NCBI GenBank assembly: GCA_964016885.1
Contig: CAXHJY010000679.1
Coordinates: forward strand, 1-36,494
Length of the DNA: 36,494 nucleotides
Source: Eledone cirrhosa
Taxonomy: Eukaryota
Reading direction: 5' to 3'
The notes under the pieces were generated by a model. The model was not told where the DNA came from, did not search any database, and worked only from the letters and a program-made list of their open reading frames with translations. Position numbers and translations under genes: made by a program. Below are positions 10,750 to 24,415 of this stretch, one piece after another. The stretch's first letter is position 1. The number at the start of each line of letters is the position of its first letter.

Positions 10750-13250
10750 TTTCTCAACAGATATTCATACATAAATTTCTTCATTTGCCTCTCGTGCGGT
10801 GAGCATAGATCTAGCTGGATCATAAAGCGAAACCAGTCGAGCTCATGGACATTATTCAACCATCTTACTCGGGGTCTACCATGGAATTGTCTGCGGGTTA
10901 GTTTACCCGCAAAATATGTCCACCGATTTTTTCCTGAGACATTCTAACTATATACCTGTAATATGGGAGGTGTGATCTCTTAATTCGAAGAAGTAGTGCC
11001 TCTACCTGGAGCGATCTCTGATCCCCGAGTTATTTTCTCTATCATGTAACCTTACTCCGAGTACTCTTCTTATGAATCTAATTTCAGCCGTTTGTGTTTC
11101 CAACCGTATTCGTTCAGTCATTACCCATGATTAATGACCATATGTAAGAGTTAGTACAAATATCGAATTGAAAATAGTGAATTTGGCTTTTACACCTACC
11201 CCTCTTCTTCCGATTACCGAAAGCTGAAGCAGACGTTTTATTGCACCAGTTTCTGCAATTTCTGCACATTATTCAGCCTCCAGCTTTCCATCCCTCGTTA
11301 ACTCGGCACTGAGGTACTTCAACTTTTGCATCTGCTTCACTGGAATTTCACTCATACTTATACACGTTTCCTTAGTGTTCGAGGCACTGCTTTTCATTCC
11401 TGCCGTGCAACACTCAGCAGTAAACCTATCACGTGCATGTCAGAGAACACCTTCTAATAAGTCAAGTAGTACCACGTTCTGCGCAAGTTCCAGCTGGTTG
11501 ACCTTACATCCACCAGTCTTGATACCTCTTCGAGCCTGACTGCGCATGTCAATCCTGCTTAAGAAGATTGTAAATAGGAGTGGTGACAGTATACATTCCA
11601 AGCAGAATGCGGCACTGATATTGAATGGATTCTATTTAGCACCCTTTTCTGAACATACATACTAGGGCATACATACAGAAACGTCAGGGCAACAAGAAGC
11701 TGTCCTTCGATCTCATACTCCTGCAGACTTTTCCAAGAACGCGGTCGTATGTCTTTTTGATGTTTATGAAGCACGAATAAACCTCTTAGCAATATCCGCA
11801 CGGTTTCTCAAAGACCACCCACATTGTTAATATTTGATTGGTTCTGTTGCGTCCAGGGCGAAAGCCACACTGTTCCTCGGCTATTTTGGACTCGACAATA
11901 TCCTACATCTCTCTGCCACTTACTTCGCATAGACTCTACCAGGGAGGCTTAAGAAGGAGATACCTCTATAATTGAAGCAATCGCTCTTGTCTATCTTTAA
12001 AAAAAATGGTATTGAAACTGGTTAGAACAAGTCACCCAGAGAATACCTTCTTTATTTAAGGCTTATCTCGGCCCGAATATCCTCCTTCCGAGCGACCTTG
12101 CCATATTTGAGCTTTTTAATTGCTATATTGACATCAGCCTCCGGGATATTAGTCATCCCTCTCAGATGCCCCTCGTATACATCAGAATATGCTGTTGTGA
12201 CTCAGAATATGCTGTTGTCGGAAATCAGCTAAGTATTCTCACCAACTCTCGAGGATGCGACTGCTCGAAGAGAAGAGAACAACAGACGCGTTCCTGGCAG
12301 TAGATGTGGAGAGGACTTCTCATGAAGATGTCTTCGTATGATCTGCCAGAAAACTCATGTCTCTTAACTTTGGACGCCTTTACTGTCTCTACTGTGACAT
12401 CTCAAAGTGCTTGTATAGCAAGTGCAAGAAAAATCCAAGCCTTTTTTGCTCAGATGTAAGCCGCTTTCTTTACTCGGATGTTATTTTGACCAGTTGATTG
12501 AACCAAGGGATCCTCCTTCTACCCGGTGCCACACCACACTGCTTTCGGTCGCAGCATTTAACAACTGAAGCAGAAACCACTGAGCTGAACAGTCTCCACT
12601 CTGTTTCAATGTCCTCAGTTTGCTCAGTTGTCTGAATTTGGATGCAATATTATCCACAAACCTGTTCCTGTCTTCCTTCAGCCCCTCTTTTAACACGAAC
12701 ATCTAGCAGAGAATCGAAGAGATCAGAGACAATAACGAAGCCAATTATTGATCTCTATTCCCGATTCCTTTTATGTGTATTTATGGTTGTCTTTGTGCTG
12801 AAAGAAGGTGTTCATAATAGAGAGACTACTACTAGAACAGAAGAATATTAAGGTCTCCCCGTTCGCATTTAGATCGGGATCACTGTTCCTTCAAATCACT
12901 TCTTTCCCTGCCAAGTAGTCAGTGCCAACATGTCCATTAGGATGTATAACTCAGTCTAACTACATCTAACGCTATCTATTTGGCGCATAAACTTGCACAA
13001 CTCACAGGGACCTTCATTTGAGACGAAGCATCAAGAGACAAATCCCCCCTTTCAACGGGATCCAGTCCGTAACACATTCTGTCAGCCGGAGGCTTGTATT
13101 GCACTACCGCCTGTACAATCTTTTCTAGCGCCACAACAGAATAGAGGATTTTCCATCTTCCATCGAAATCTGCTGTGCCAAATCCACGGAATTTTGTTCA
13201 GGAAACCACTATTATATCTAGCCGGTACATTTGGCCTGCTCCACTAGCTC
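10750..13250 (-). mobile_element. Highly decayed RTE-clade LINE (APE endonuclease + RT)
   Basis: Minus-strand remnants: NGHVGTD/DLNANG (APE, ~12870-12945), DCFNYRGISFLSLPGRVYAK (~11920-11990), EEQCGFRPGR (~11850-11878), VYSCFINIKKTYDRV, YEIEGQLL, and C-terminal GRPRVRWLNNV (~10850-10882); many stops; may extend to ~13630. Confidence 0.85.
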
Positions 13251-14254
13251 CTCCACTTTGGTTGTAAGGGTTATGATATTCCTGTTAGCAATTGTCATGG
13301 TTTGCTTCCTTCTTGACCCTCTCTGGCATCACTTGATGCGTAACCATTGTGCTTCCCTCCCACGCCTCTCAGGAAAATTTGCAGGCATTCGTGCCAGTAA
13401 ACAATGTGATACTTTTCTCAGATCCGCGAAGATTAGGTGTTTTTAGAGCGGCCTTTACTCGCCTCGCCGTAGTTGCATCACTGGGTTGTGAGAATTTTTG
13501 TCAGAGCTAATATTGTCATCCATTGCTCAATCAACCCTAGTAGTTTATCGCAGTTGATCCGGGTTTGCTTATTTGTCTGCCAAGAGGCCACATATATCAC
13601 AACTAAACATCGTATCTTGTGGTGGTATCGCTATCCACCACCTGCAAACTGTTCTCTCTCATGAAGAATCACGTATAAACACACGCCCATGTATAAACAC
13701 ATATGTACATATACACTTACATTCATGTCTCTATGCACACATCATAATATGGTACAATGCACATAACTAGAAAAAATGATTAAAAACATTTATTCGCGAA
13801 CATTACTGTTTTCCCATGGACAGGAATATCTTATACACTTACGATTATTTTATCTATAGAAAATCATACCCACTCAAATTACCCATGCACACACACACAT
13901 ACACCCACACACACACACCATATATAGAGACACACTCAAACACACATTCAGATTCTCTCAGAACATATTATGAGATTGAGTACATATAAAAAGAATAGCA
14001 CTTTCTACACAGGTGAAATTTGCATTCATGTGATAATTAAACACGAAAATTAATTAAAATTCAGTTTAATTAAGAGGACTGATTAATTTTAAAAGAAAAT
14101 ATATATATTTCCGAAACAAATCAATGGCATTTCTAACTGGTATTGTACCTCCATTGATTGAATCCCTTAACACATTACACACGAATACACCCACACATAC
14201 ACACATAAACACACACTCATATATATATATAAATGAATACACACACACACACAC

Positions 14255-14302
<48 letters not shown>

Positions 14303-14353
14303 ACATACATACATACATACAGATAGATAGATAGAGAGAGAGAGGGTGGAAAA

Positions 14354-14390
<37 letters not shown>

Positions 14391-15629
14391 AATATATATA
14401 CATGTGTGTGCGTGTGTGTTTTTATATATACATAAATCTATGTATCCACGCCCACTCATATACACATATACTTAAAAAATATATATGCATATCACATGCA
14501 TACATACATACACATATATACATGTATGTAAATAGAAGTGTGTATGTGCGTGTGCGTGCCTATATATGTGCGTACATTAATGATCATGTATTAAAATATA
14601 CAGTGTCTCATGTAGACCCGCTGACTTTATTTTGTCACATATTCACGCACACTCAATATTCTTGCGTTAGACGTTTACACAATATTAATAATTTTATAGA
14701 GTTTTACTTAAGATTTTTATAACTTCATAATTTTATAATTCTGTGCTTTTTTGTTGTTTGTAATTTCATATCTATACAATTTTAAAACGTCTTTCAAAAC
14801 AAACGAATTAAATGCGCAAAATTTGTGTTTTAGTTTGATTTGAAATTTAGTTTGATGTCTTGATGTGCCGAAGAAATAATTGTGATCGAATTTTGAAAGT
14901 TTGGGTTTTGAAAGAGAATTTGTAATTTTGCAACTCAACGTGCTGTAATGTTTTAGCAGAAAATATCAAAAGATATGTTTGCTAATTTGAAAGGTTATAA
15001 ACTCTTTAGTAGGAGACAGATCATTGTTAAAAAATTGCAATATTAAAGTAAAGACTTCAATTGTAAATGTGTTGCAGTTTTGTTCTTTTCAAGAATAATT
15101 TGCTAATGCGGTTTCATATGGTAAGATGGAAGATTTGAAAAAAATCACAGTTAACCATTATAGCAGGAATCGGTTAGGCCTTATATGTTTTGGCATGTGG
15201 ATATATCAAATTAATCCTTTTAATAACAAACCGCACGAAATCAGTCTCTGGTACAACAATACAAACCTATTTATTTTAATGTGCATATATTTATCTAAAA
15301 ACCTTCTGTCATAATTTTATGTACGACTCCATGATATGTTCCAAACACCAGCTTAATTAGAAAGTTATATTACTAAATCCTTTTAAATTCTTATGTATTT
15401 TCAAAATTAATTGGAATTCAAAGGCAGTGACTTTTATATAAAAAATATGGTAACAAAATGGTGAAAAGTACACAGTATTTGTTTCTAGATACATTGAGGA
15501 AGGAAAATAACGTATTATGACTGGCCACGCTAATAAACAGGCGAGATACAGCTAAACATGGAAGGCTCAAGGAAATCGTAAGTAATATATATATATGGAA
15601 AGTGGCGCATTATTCAGGTGTATATTCCA

Positions 15630-15840
15630 GGTAGTGGATTGGTAGAGTCCTTAGGACGGCGGAAGAAATTCAATGTGGTGTTTTTAACGACTCTCTACTT
15701 TCAAAACCCACCGAAGGTAACTTTCATTCTTAACATTCTTCCGGTGGCAATAAAATAATGCATCGGTTATGTGGTTATGTACTGGACCCAATAGAATCAA
15801 CACTTCCCTTCACAAAAAACTGATTGGCTTGTGCCGGTGT
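15630..15840 (+). mobile_element. Old diverged tRNA-SINE copy
   Basis: GGTAGTGGATTGGTAGAGT..TTCAAAACCCACCGAAGGTAACTTT..ATAAAATAA..TTGGCTTGTGCC follows the layout of the 24232 SINE. Confidence 0.55.
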
Positions 15841-15896
15841 TATAAAGAATTAAACACATGTAAACATGAACAAATATAAATATATATATATATATT

Positions 15897-16208
15897 TCCT
15901 TGAGCAAGACACTTTATTTCACATTGCTCCAGTTTATTCAGCTGTAGAAATGAGATGATAGAACTGGGGTCCCTATCATTCCACTGCAAAGTGGTCGTGG
16001 AGGTGCCACAGCAAAAAAGCACCCAGTCCACACTGTAAAGTGGACGTATAGGCGCCACGGAAAAAAGCACCCAGCACTCACTGTAAATGAGGTTGGTGTT
16101 AGGAAGGGCATCCAGCTGTAGAAATCAAGCCAGAATCAGTTCTCATCCCACCCTTGCAAGCAGGTAAAAGCGGACGTAAAATGATGATGATGATGATGAT
16201 GATGATGA
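15897..16208 (+). mobile_element. 5'-truncated SINE of a second family with (ATG)n tail
   Basis: CCTTGAGCAAGACACTTT central-domain-like motif, internal duplication of AAAAAAGCACCCAG..CACTGTAAA, AGGAAGGGCATCCAGCTGTAGAAA, ends GGACGTAAA(ATG)n. Confidence 0.7.
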
Positions 16209-16242
16209 TATATATATATATATATACATATATATATACATA

Positions 16243-16859
16243 TATAGGAATGAAAAATGGCGTTCTGTGTTGTTGCAAATCTGATATACAAATTATAATG
16301 AAGAATTAGAAATAGGACTATCCATCATCAGTGATCTACTAGCCATCATAGGTATTTCTTCGCATTAAAGACCAGATACCTCAGACTAGCGTGAACAATA
16401 ACTAAAATAAGTCATTGGGATAAAAAGAATTGGGTCGAGAAAGAGAGACAGGTAAACAAACATGACTGGTGAGGCAACGTAAAGAGAGGTAAAAATGAGA
16501 AAATCAAGTCAATGATTCATTTGAACATAAGAACTTGCGAATATTGACGAGAAGACGAGAGACACATCCCAACCATGCGAAAGTAAGCGAAGAAAGAATT
16601 ACGCACGGTGTGGGACGATGGAGGAAGTGAGAGAGAGTGTGAGTAGCAGAGAGTGAGTGAGTGAAAGTGTAAGGAAGATGCTAGCCGAGAGAGGGTGACT
16701 AGCAGAGGGGGTGAGTGAAAGTAAGAGGGAGAAGGAGAGAGAAGGGGGAAAGAGAAAGATGATAGCAGTAAGGGAAGAGAAAAAGACAGGTCACAGCGAA
16801 TTGGAAAGCATATAGGAATGAAAAATGGCGTTCTGTGATGTTGTGAATGTGATATACAT
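16243..16859 (-). mobile_element. Non-coding element with terminal direct repeats, in (TA)n
   Basis: 16243-16290 repeated at 16811-16859; body homologous in reverse orientation to 26522-27129. Confidence 0.7.
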
Positions 16860-16946
16860 ATATATATAAACATATATATATATATATGTATGTACACTCT
16901 AATAACTCGATTGGTAATTGCAAACTTTTTAATGTTATATATGTAA

Positions 16947-17004
16947 TTGATCCTGACGATTTCTAAGGATATTGTGAGCAATATCTGAAACACGTGTAGT
17001 CTAA
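16947..17004 (+). ncRNA. Hammerhead motif, partly decayed
   Basis: CTGACGA(16953)..GATATTG tgag CAATATC-t-GAAA(16987)-CACGTG-TA-GTCTAA; palindrome intact, stem I imperfect. Confidence 0.5.
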
Positions 17005-17068
17005 ATAAATAATGTATTAACCGTTGAACTTATTTCTTTGTTGTCTCTATATATATATACATATATAT

Positions 17069-17164
<96 letters not shown>

Positions 17165-17304
17165 CATTAGAAAGTTAGGGTTTATTTACAAAATTAAAAA
17201 TAACCGGTGTGCTACACGAGTGAAAGTATAAGGAAAAAAAATGAAATCGAAAATGCAACTGGAGTTTTTTTATTTTTAAATATATATATTTATTTATTTG
17301 GTTC

Positions 17305-17340
17305 CTTTACCGGTTTCGCAGTTCTTCTGCTTTTCAAAAG
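17305..17340 (-). ncRNA. Degenerate hammerhead motif
   Basis: Reverse complement CTT-tTGAAaA-GCAG aagaa CTGC-GAAA-CCGG-TA-AAG; two core substitutions. Confidence 0.4.
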
Positions 17341-17407
17341 TAGAGTTGAGATGGAGGGTTTGTGGTTTTTCTCACATATATATATACACACACACACACA
17401 CATATAC

Positions 17408-17599
<192 letters not shown>

Positions 17600-17942
17600 C
17601 AAAGGAGTTGTGGTAAAGAACCAGATGGACCATAACGCAGCAGAGTGGGTAATAGGAAAATGTATGACCCCGACGGCAGAGCTCAAGCCGTTTCGACGGC
17701 TATTTCTGTACTAAATTAGAATTTTTAGCCTGGTAAATAAATAGCCGAACTTTTCAAGAGGTACTTCCTTATATGGGAAGATTGTAGTTGTCAAGAGGAT
17801 TGGTCAATATTTCTTGTAAACACAATTAATTCTATCATGGCAGTGGGTAGGGGGTTGACGGTTAAAGGTTCTCTTGAAGGTTCCCTTCAACCGTCAAGGT
17901 TGTTTTTCTACGGGTATGTCAACATTTAGAAAACAAATTTTG

Positions 17943-18008
17943 TATTTTATCTGATGAAAGCGCACCAAAATTTGCCTTGGTTGCCCTTGAAATATATATA
18001 ATAAAATA
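17943..18008 (+). ncRNA. Minimal type I hammerhead ribozyme
   Basis: TATTTTAT-CTGATGA(17951)-AAGCGCACCAA..TTGGTTGCCCTT-GAAA(17989)-TATATA-TA-ATAAAATA; perfect 8-bp stem I; lies in a 17597-18140 block between TA tracts. Confidence 0.8.
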
Positions 18009-18148
18009 ATTATGGTTTTATAAATATAGTTTCCTTTTATTAATATATTGAATATTTACACCAGAAAATATGTTGAGTGCTTCATATCAGTTATAAAACT
18101 TTTAAGTTTGTTGAATCCCAACAAATTAAATATAACTTTTGCATATAT

Positions 18149-18258
<110 letters not shown>

Positions 18259-18632
18259 CTGTGTATGAGTGTGTGTACCACTGTATATGCATTTGATCAA
18301 CTGACCTTTAAACAAACCCATGCTTAAGTGCATAGTCCTTATCAGTGGAACGACCGATTATATAAGCATATGGCACCTATAATGCGTACTTCGAGTTTCT
18401 ACATATACATATACACACAAACAGCCAAAGAGACACGTACTCACAGCACAACCATACCACGCACACACACAACTAAACATCCCCTATGATGGGGAGAATG
18501 ATATATATATATATATATATATATATAACGAAGGAAATGTGGTAAGGAACCAGGTGGACCATAACGCACCAACGGGTCCAGAATTAGCCGTCGAAACGGC
18601 TTGAGCTCAGCTGTCGGGGTCTTACTGGTTCC

Positions 18633-18669
<37 letters not shown>

Positions 18670-18671
18670 GC

Positions 18672-18704
<33 letters not shown>

Positions 18705-18974
18705 AAGAAGGAAAGAGTGAGATACAAAGAGTGAGAGAAAGTGAAGGAGACAGTTAAGCACATGACAACTACGTCACTGTAGTTATCACTTATCTAAGTT
18801 AAATCATAGTTGCCATGGGACAAACTATTTGACAATGTCGTTACTTTTTCGTATTTGTATATTATGTATATGTGTAAGTTTTAGAACAACAACTAACAGT
18901 CCGCCTCTCCGTTTGTATAGATCACTACGGAACGTGAGAAATACAAGTTTTACTAATTTGGTGTTGTTTTAATT

Positions 18975-19035
<61 letters not shown>

Positions 19036-19149
19036 TATATATATATATATATGTATACACACAAACACACACACTCATATATATATATATATATATTATA
19101 CATATACATGTATACATCTCTCTATATATATGTATATTTACACACGCAG

Positions 19150-19183
<34 letters not shown>

Positions 19184-19186
19184 ACA

Positions 19187-19265
<79 letters not shown>

Positions 19266-19929
19266 TACATGAAAGACATTCGTTTGGAGTCAATATTACC
19301 TTTTGAATGTGAGCTAATTTGCATGATGGAATGAGGTAGAAACGATAAGGTCGAGTGTTGAGCAAATAACTTGGTCTCTTAGAATTTTTTAAGCTCTTTT
19401 TTCTTTCTATTTTTTTTTAATAGACCGCTTGTCTGGTAAAACGGACTAGAAGGGTAAACATAGATGGGGGGGGGGGGGGGGGTTGATCAGCGATTCATTC
19501 TTTTGTTCAGTTGTTAATGTATTTGATATTATTGCTGAAATTTTGTTGTTGTTGTTATTACTATTGAGATTTTTGTTGTGCCTTCTATTTATTTATTGAG
19601 TTTGTTGTTACCAATATATTTTGTTTCAATTTCTATTAGTTTACTTTATTAGTTTTATTGACTCCTCGAGGAAGCTCACCTAGATGCTGCCACAATGTCG
19701 ATACTGTTTTGTTCAGAAGACTTAAGTTGGGATTACTAAATTAAGTGATGTTTTTATCCGTTGTTAATCCGATATTTACTTAGGTAAAAAAAAGAAAACA
19801 AAGAACGAAATCTGAAAAGAAAGGAAAACAACCAGACATATTTGAATGTAAGAGAACAGTGGAGAAGTAGCAAAGATAAATTCTATTTTAGGTAATCTCT
19901 AACTGATATTTGCAGCGAGAGAGTTTAGT

Positions 19930-20430
19930 TTAAATGGAGTTAGAAGGAAGCAACACTGGTTTTCTAGTTGTTTTAGAGTATGTAACCTAATTTTAAACGT
20001 CGATGCAGCTATTCTGAATCGTTTATACCGGTACATCATGTAGACGCCTCTGTTGCCTTTTTCCAAATATGATGGAATATTCCAGACTTTATAATCATAT
20101 GGAATTACCATATTACACATAGTCAGCTCTCATACTGATGCGGTACTCAAGAATCCAGTTTCTACTTGGACGCCCAATCTGCTAAAAATAACGACAAAAT
20201 CTCCCCGAAACCCAAATCCTATCCACCCTTTCAATAGCTCCATAACAATCCGATCAGTCTCTTGCGTGCCATTATCAGAACTCACTCTGATACATATCTC
20301 TGGTCAGTGTCTCCGGTCCAAAAATACATTTTACTGACCTCCCTCGAGAGCCTGACAAAGATTCATGGTTGCTATTTCTTGACATTATAATCTATTCTCA
20401 TATATTTCCATATCGTCAGCATTTCAAAGG
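19930..20430 (-). mobile_element. Possible very old CR1/L2-like LINE relic
   Basis: Minus-strand ADDMEIY (~20400-20422), LEYR and KVWNIP fragments in the expected order; very degenerate. Confidence 0.3.
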
Positions 20431-20558
20431 CAGTTTGTCAATCGACAATATTTTCAATGAAAAGTATATCAATCGACAATATGTTCAATGGACAGTATGT
20501 CAATCAATAATATTTCAATAGGCAGTATATCAGTCGACAATATTTCAATAGACAATAT
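20429..20558. repeat. Degenerate ~30-bp tandem repeat, 4 copies
   Basis: Consensus about GGCAGTATRTCAATCGACAATATTTCAATR. Confidence 0.8.
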
Positions 20559-20699
20559 CATTTCCAATGTTTAGACATCGATGGCGATAGATGCAAATAT
20601 GTTGTAGGCTAACATTTCTGTTTAGAGTTATATTGTATATATATTAATAGCATTGTATTATATTCACATCTTGGTTGTATTATAGAAATATGAATCAAT

Positions 20700-20795
20700 C
20701 CAAGTACTTCATTTATGCATTATTTTGTCGACCCCTAGAAGGTTAAAAGGTGAAGTTGACCTTAGCAGGATTTGAATACGCAAACATTTAGTCGT
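20700..20795 (-). mobile_element. Diverged SINE fragment
   Basis: TTATTTTGTCGACCCC..AAAGGTGAAGTTGACCTTAGCAGGATTTGAA matches the SINE core in reverse. Confidence 0.6.
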
Positions 20796-21124
20796 AAATA
20801 GAGTAGCATTCACGTTGACACCACTCGTCGGGTATTATTTCCAGATTGCTTAATGTACTGCCTTCTCGTTATCGCAAAGTAGCAGACTCGTTAGGTCGAT
20901 GGATGAAACATGTATCGCTATTTGTTCTGGCTCACAGCGCTCTGAGTTCAAATCCCATCGATAAGTAAAGTTAATCGCCGAAACCGGTGGAGATTCATTG
21001 TTTTCACAATAGGGTCATTGACAATTAACTCCTTCGGCCATGGATACGACACTTCAACGTTATACGTAGAGCGTCTGCTTGCTCGATATTTCCAATCAGA
21101 TATCCTACCATGTTTCTCGTTTGC

Positions 21125-21218
21125 GTCTATACTGTACATAATTGAGGTCTATACTGTACATAATTGAGGTCTATACTGTACATAATTGAGGTCTATACTG
21201 TACATAATTGAGGTCTAT
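21125..21218. repeat. Perfect 22-bp tandem repeat, 4.3 copies
   Basis: (GTCTATACTGTACATAATTGAG)x4 + GTCTAT. Confidence 0.95.
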
Positions 21219-21751
21219 TCTACTACACTTCCAACTCCCGCTTTCTGAAAGAAATAGGTTGTGTTCCGATCTGAAGAGGGATCGTCTCCACCGGTTTTTA
21301 AATATGGATGACACGCCATCTTTCAAGACAACGCTCCCATGTCCTATACACCAAGGTGTATAGGACATTTTTAATACCATACACCAGTCATCTACAATTC
21401 CCAGAACATAAAAATAACGAAACAAACGTTTTATAGTTCTTGTGTTATAGCAGTGACTCATACAATCCTTACGCAGTCCATGTTAGATGCATTTGCACCT
21501 TTCAAATGCACAATCGCAACTTGAGACTGCAGGATAGATGATACATCAGAAACCGTTACGGTTCCGTTAATATAATACTTCTTTTCCCTTTGGTATTTTC
21601 TGCTGTTGTTATCATCATTTTATACGTGGCGCAAATTCGGTCAAAATTGAATTCATGATATCTTTCCCTATAAAATCATTGAGAGTGACATCAATGAGTG
21701 TATAGAGACTGCTTCATATAATTCGACTTGTATTGCAACTTCGATGTGATA

Positions 21752-21787
<36 letters not shown>

Positions 21788-21792
21788 ACACA

Positions 21793-21882
<90 letters not shown>

Positions 21883-21946
21883 GGGGTAAAATACCGGGAG
21901 GTTATGTCCGTAGCAAGCCCATAGGACTGAGTGCTCTACTTACAAC

Positions 21947-22000
21947 AAATTTGCAAACCATACTCGAGGATGCGCGTCCTCGAGTATGGTTTGCTAATTT
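21947..22000. repeat. Near-perfect hairpin/palindrome
   Basis: AAATTTGCAAACCATACTCGAGGA-tgcgcg-TCCTCGAGTATGGTTTGCTAATTT. Confidence 0.9.
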
Positions 22001-22034
22001 TTCGTGGGACTAACTCCCCCCTCTCTCTCTCTCG

Positions 22035-22076
<42 letters not shown>

Positions 22077-22191
22077 TAAAGAGTTAAACAAGATTCAATG
22101 AGTATATCAAATAATGGATTTTACAGTAGATTGGAAGCACTCTACGAAAAATAATTTTCCAGAGTTATTAATATTAAAATACAAATATTAA

Positions 22192-24125
22192 GAAAAAGAA
22201 CTTAGGAAAAATTACAAAAAAGCCCCGGCTGATGATCTTACTGAAATTAATGAAGAAGCCTACAAATTAATTACCAATTTAGGAATAGAAGGAAGAACCG
22301 TTTCTTACCTAGGCAGCCGAGGATTAACTTGAAGGATCACAAAAGAAACTTTGAGGAAGAGATGCCAGTTAGATTGATTGCTCCATCCAAATCGGATATT
22401 GGAGTAATCAGTAAAAACATCATCGATAGAATCTTACCCGCTCTTAAATTGAGATCTAATTTGAGCTTGTGGAAAGATACAATCGAAGTCATAGAATGGT
22501 ACACGAATATAGAAGATAAGAAAAACCATAAATTCAACCAGATGGACATTACTAGCTACTATTCTTCCATAACACCTAACCTTCTAAATAAGGCTATTTC
22601 ATATGCTTATCACATACTGATCTAACCACGGACGAAATTGATATAATACTAACAGCCAGAAGAACTCTTATTAACTTCAACAACGAATATTGGACCCGCT
22701 CAGATAGAGATAAAAACTTTGATATCACTATGGGGGCATCTGATTCTGCGCAAATCACAGATCTTCTGAGAATTTTCATATTAAATATGATAAATAGAAA
22801 ACTGCCGGAGATTACCGATGTTTTATATAGGGACGACATTTTATTTACGGTGGTCAAACACAACAAAATAGAACTAAATAGAGTAAAGAAAAGTATAATA
22901 GAATTCTTTAAAATGTACGACCTTAAGTTAGAAGTAGAAAATGGTACCAAAATAGTTAAATTCCTAGACGTTACCTTTAACTTAAACACTGGCTTCTATT
23001 ACCCTTTTCATAAGCCCAATGAAAACTTAAACTATGTTAGTAACCATTCCAATCACCCTAAATCTGTAAAAAAAAAGCTATAGTAAATAGTGTGCAAAAA
23101 CGAATTAATAAAATATCAGCCAATAAAGCTATTTTCGATGAAAACGCTGAATACTACAACAACGCGTTAAAAAGAGCAGGATATATGAATAATATAGAAT
23201 ATGTAGATAATAATAATCCAAGTATGAATCTTAATAAAAATAATAACATATATAAGAGAAACTCTAATAATTATAATTAAAATACCCATACGCCAAATAA
23301 ATCGAGGATAAGAACTAGAACTAAATCAGTCATATGGTTCGCCCCCCGTGCTTCGGTCGCAGTTAAAACACCAATTGCAAAATTATTCTTTAACGCTTTG
23401 GACACCTTTTTCCCTACTCAACATAAATATCATTCCATTTTTAATAGACATACCATTAAATTCTCGTATTCTACAACTATGAACATGGCTCAAAACATTG
23501 CCAAATTAAACACTAAAATCCTAAAACAAAACCAGCATAATGATCTTAATAATAGAGTTAACATACATGATACTAAACCAAAATGTAATTGTAGAAATAA
23601 AACTGATTGCCCTTTGCAAAATAATTGTCTAGATAGTAATTTGGTTTATAAATGCACCGTAAAAATTGATCACAACATATACAACTACTTAGGATCGACT
23701 TCTTCTACATTTAAAGCCAGATTTGCGAACCATAAATGCTCATTCTCGAACTCCAAGAGGAAATCATCCACGTCTTTATCACAGCTCATATGGTCATTGA
23801 AAGAGAGGAATTTAAAATACTCCATTCTTTGGACAAAACTTCGGAACTGTGGAGTTTACCGCAACTCTAGTATATTAAATAACTGTGCGCTCTGTACAAT
23901 GGAGACCCTGTTGATTATTAATAACTATGAGACCCTAATTAACAAAAAAGTGAATTATTCTCTAGTTGCCTCCATAAAGCTACGTTGACATTCTTAGCCT
24001 CCCACAAAACGAGAAAAAAAGAGAGAAACACTAAACCATTAAAAACTTGGTTGTCAGACGTATATAATCAACAGGGAAAAACATTAATGGCCTTTAATAT
24101 TGCATTATCTTATAACTATCTATAG
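22192..24125 (+). pseudogene. Frameshifted PLE reverse transcriptase / GIY-YIG endonuclease
   Basis: KDHK..PVRLIAPSKS, MDITSYYSSI, FDITMGASDSAQITDL, LYRDD, FLDVTFNL, KP..Y..SNHP; then CNCRNKTDCPL..C, LVYKC..YLGST..FKARFANH, LSQLIW, CALC..E and, after a 1-nt frameshift, NKKSELFSSCLH. Confidence 0.9.
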
Positions 24126-24231
24126 AAAAAATAACGCTCGAATGAAAGATACTTGTTCAATAACATGCCGGAACATTGATATACATAACATATTATTAAC
24201 TTAGATCTGTATCATTACTTCTTTATTTCTC

Positions 24232-24415
24232 GGCGGTGGATTGGAAGTATCGGTAGAGGGTCGGACGCCATGCTTTCCAGCATAGTTACGTCCCTTTACG
24301 ATCTGAGTTCAAATCCCGCCGAGGTTGACTTTGCCTTTCTTCGTTACGGGGTCGATAAAATAAAGTACCAGTAATGCACTGGGTATTTGCTGGCCTTGTG
24401 CCTAAAGTAGAAACA
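24232..24415 (+). mobile_element. Full-length tRNA-derived SINE with target-site duplication, nested in the PLE
   Basis: A-box-like TGGAAGTATCGG, B box GAGTTCAAATCC; TSD ATTA(C/T)TTCTTTATTTCTC at 24214-24231 and 24416-24433. Confidence 0.9.

Noticed and set aside
14640-15460. Possible DNA transposon relic
   Set aside because: No transposase motif or paired TIRs could be supported
21270-21300. CTGAAGA followed by a short GGA/TCC stem
   Set aside because: No GAAA or stem I partner, so not a hammerhead
22229-22255. CTGATGA..GAAA inside the PLE ORF
   Set aside because: No stem II or stem I pairing; chance match in coding sequence
23398-23990. Selenocysteine-encoding PLE
   Set aside because: All conserved Cys codons in the endonuclease region are TGT/TGC; no in-frame TGA at those sites
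24232-24320. tRNA gene
   Set aside because: A/B boxes belong to a SINE head with tail and TSD; no proper cloverleaf
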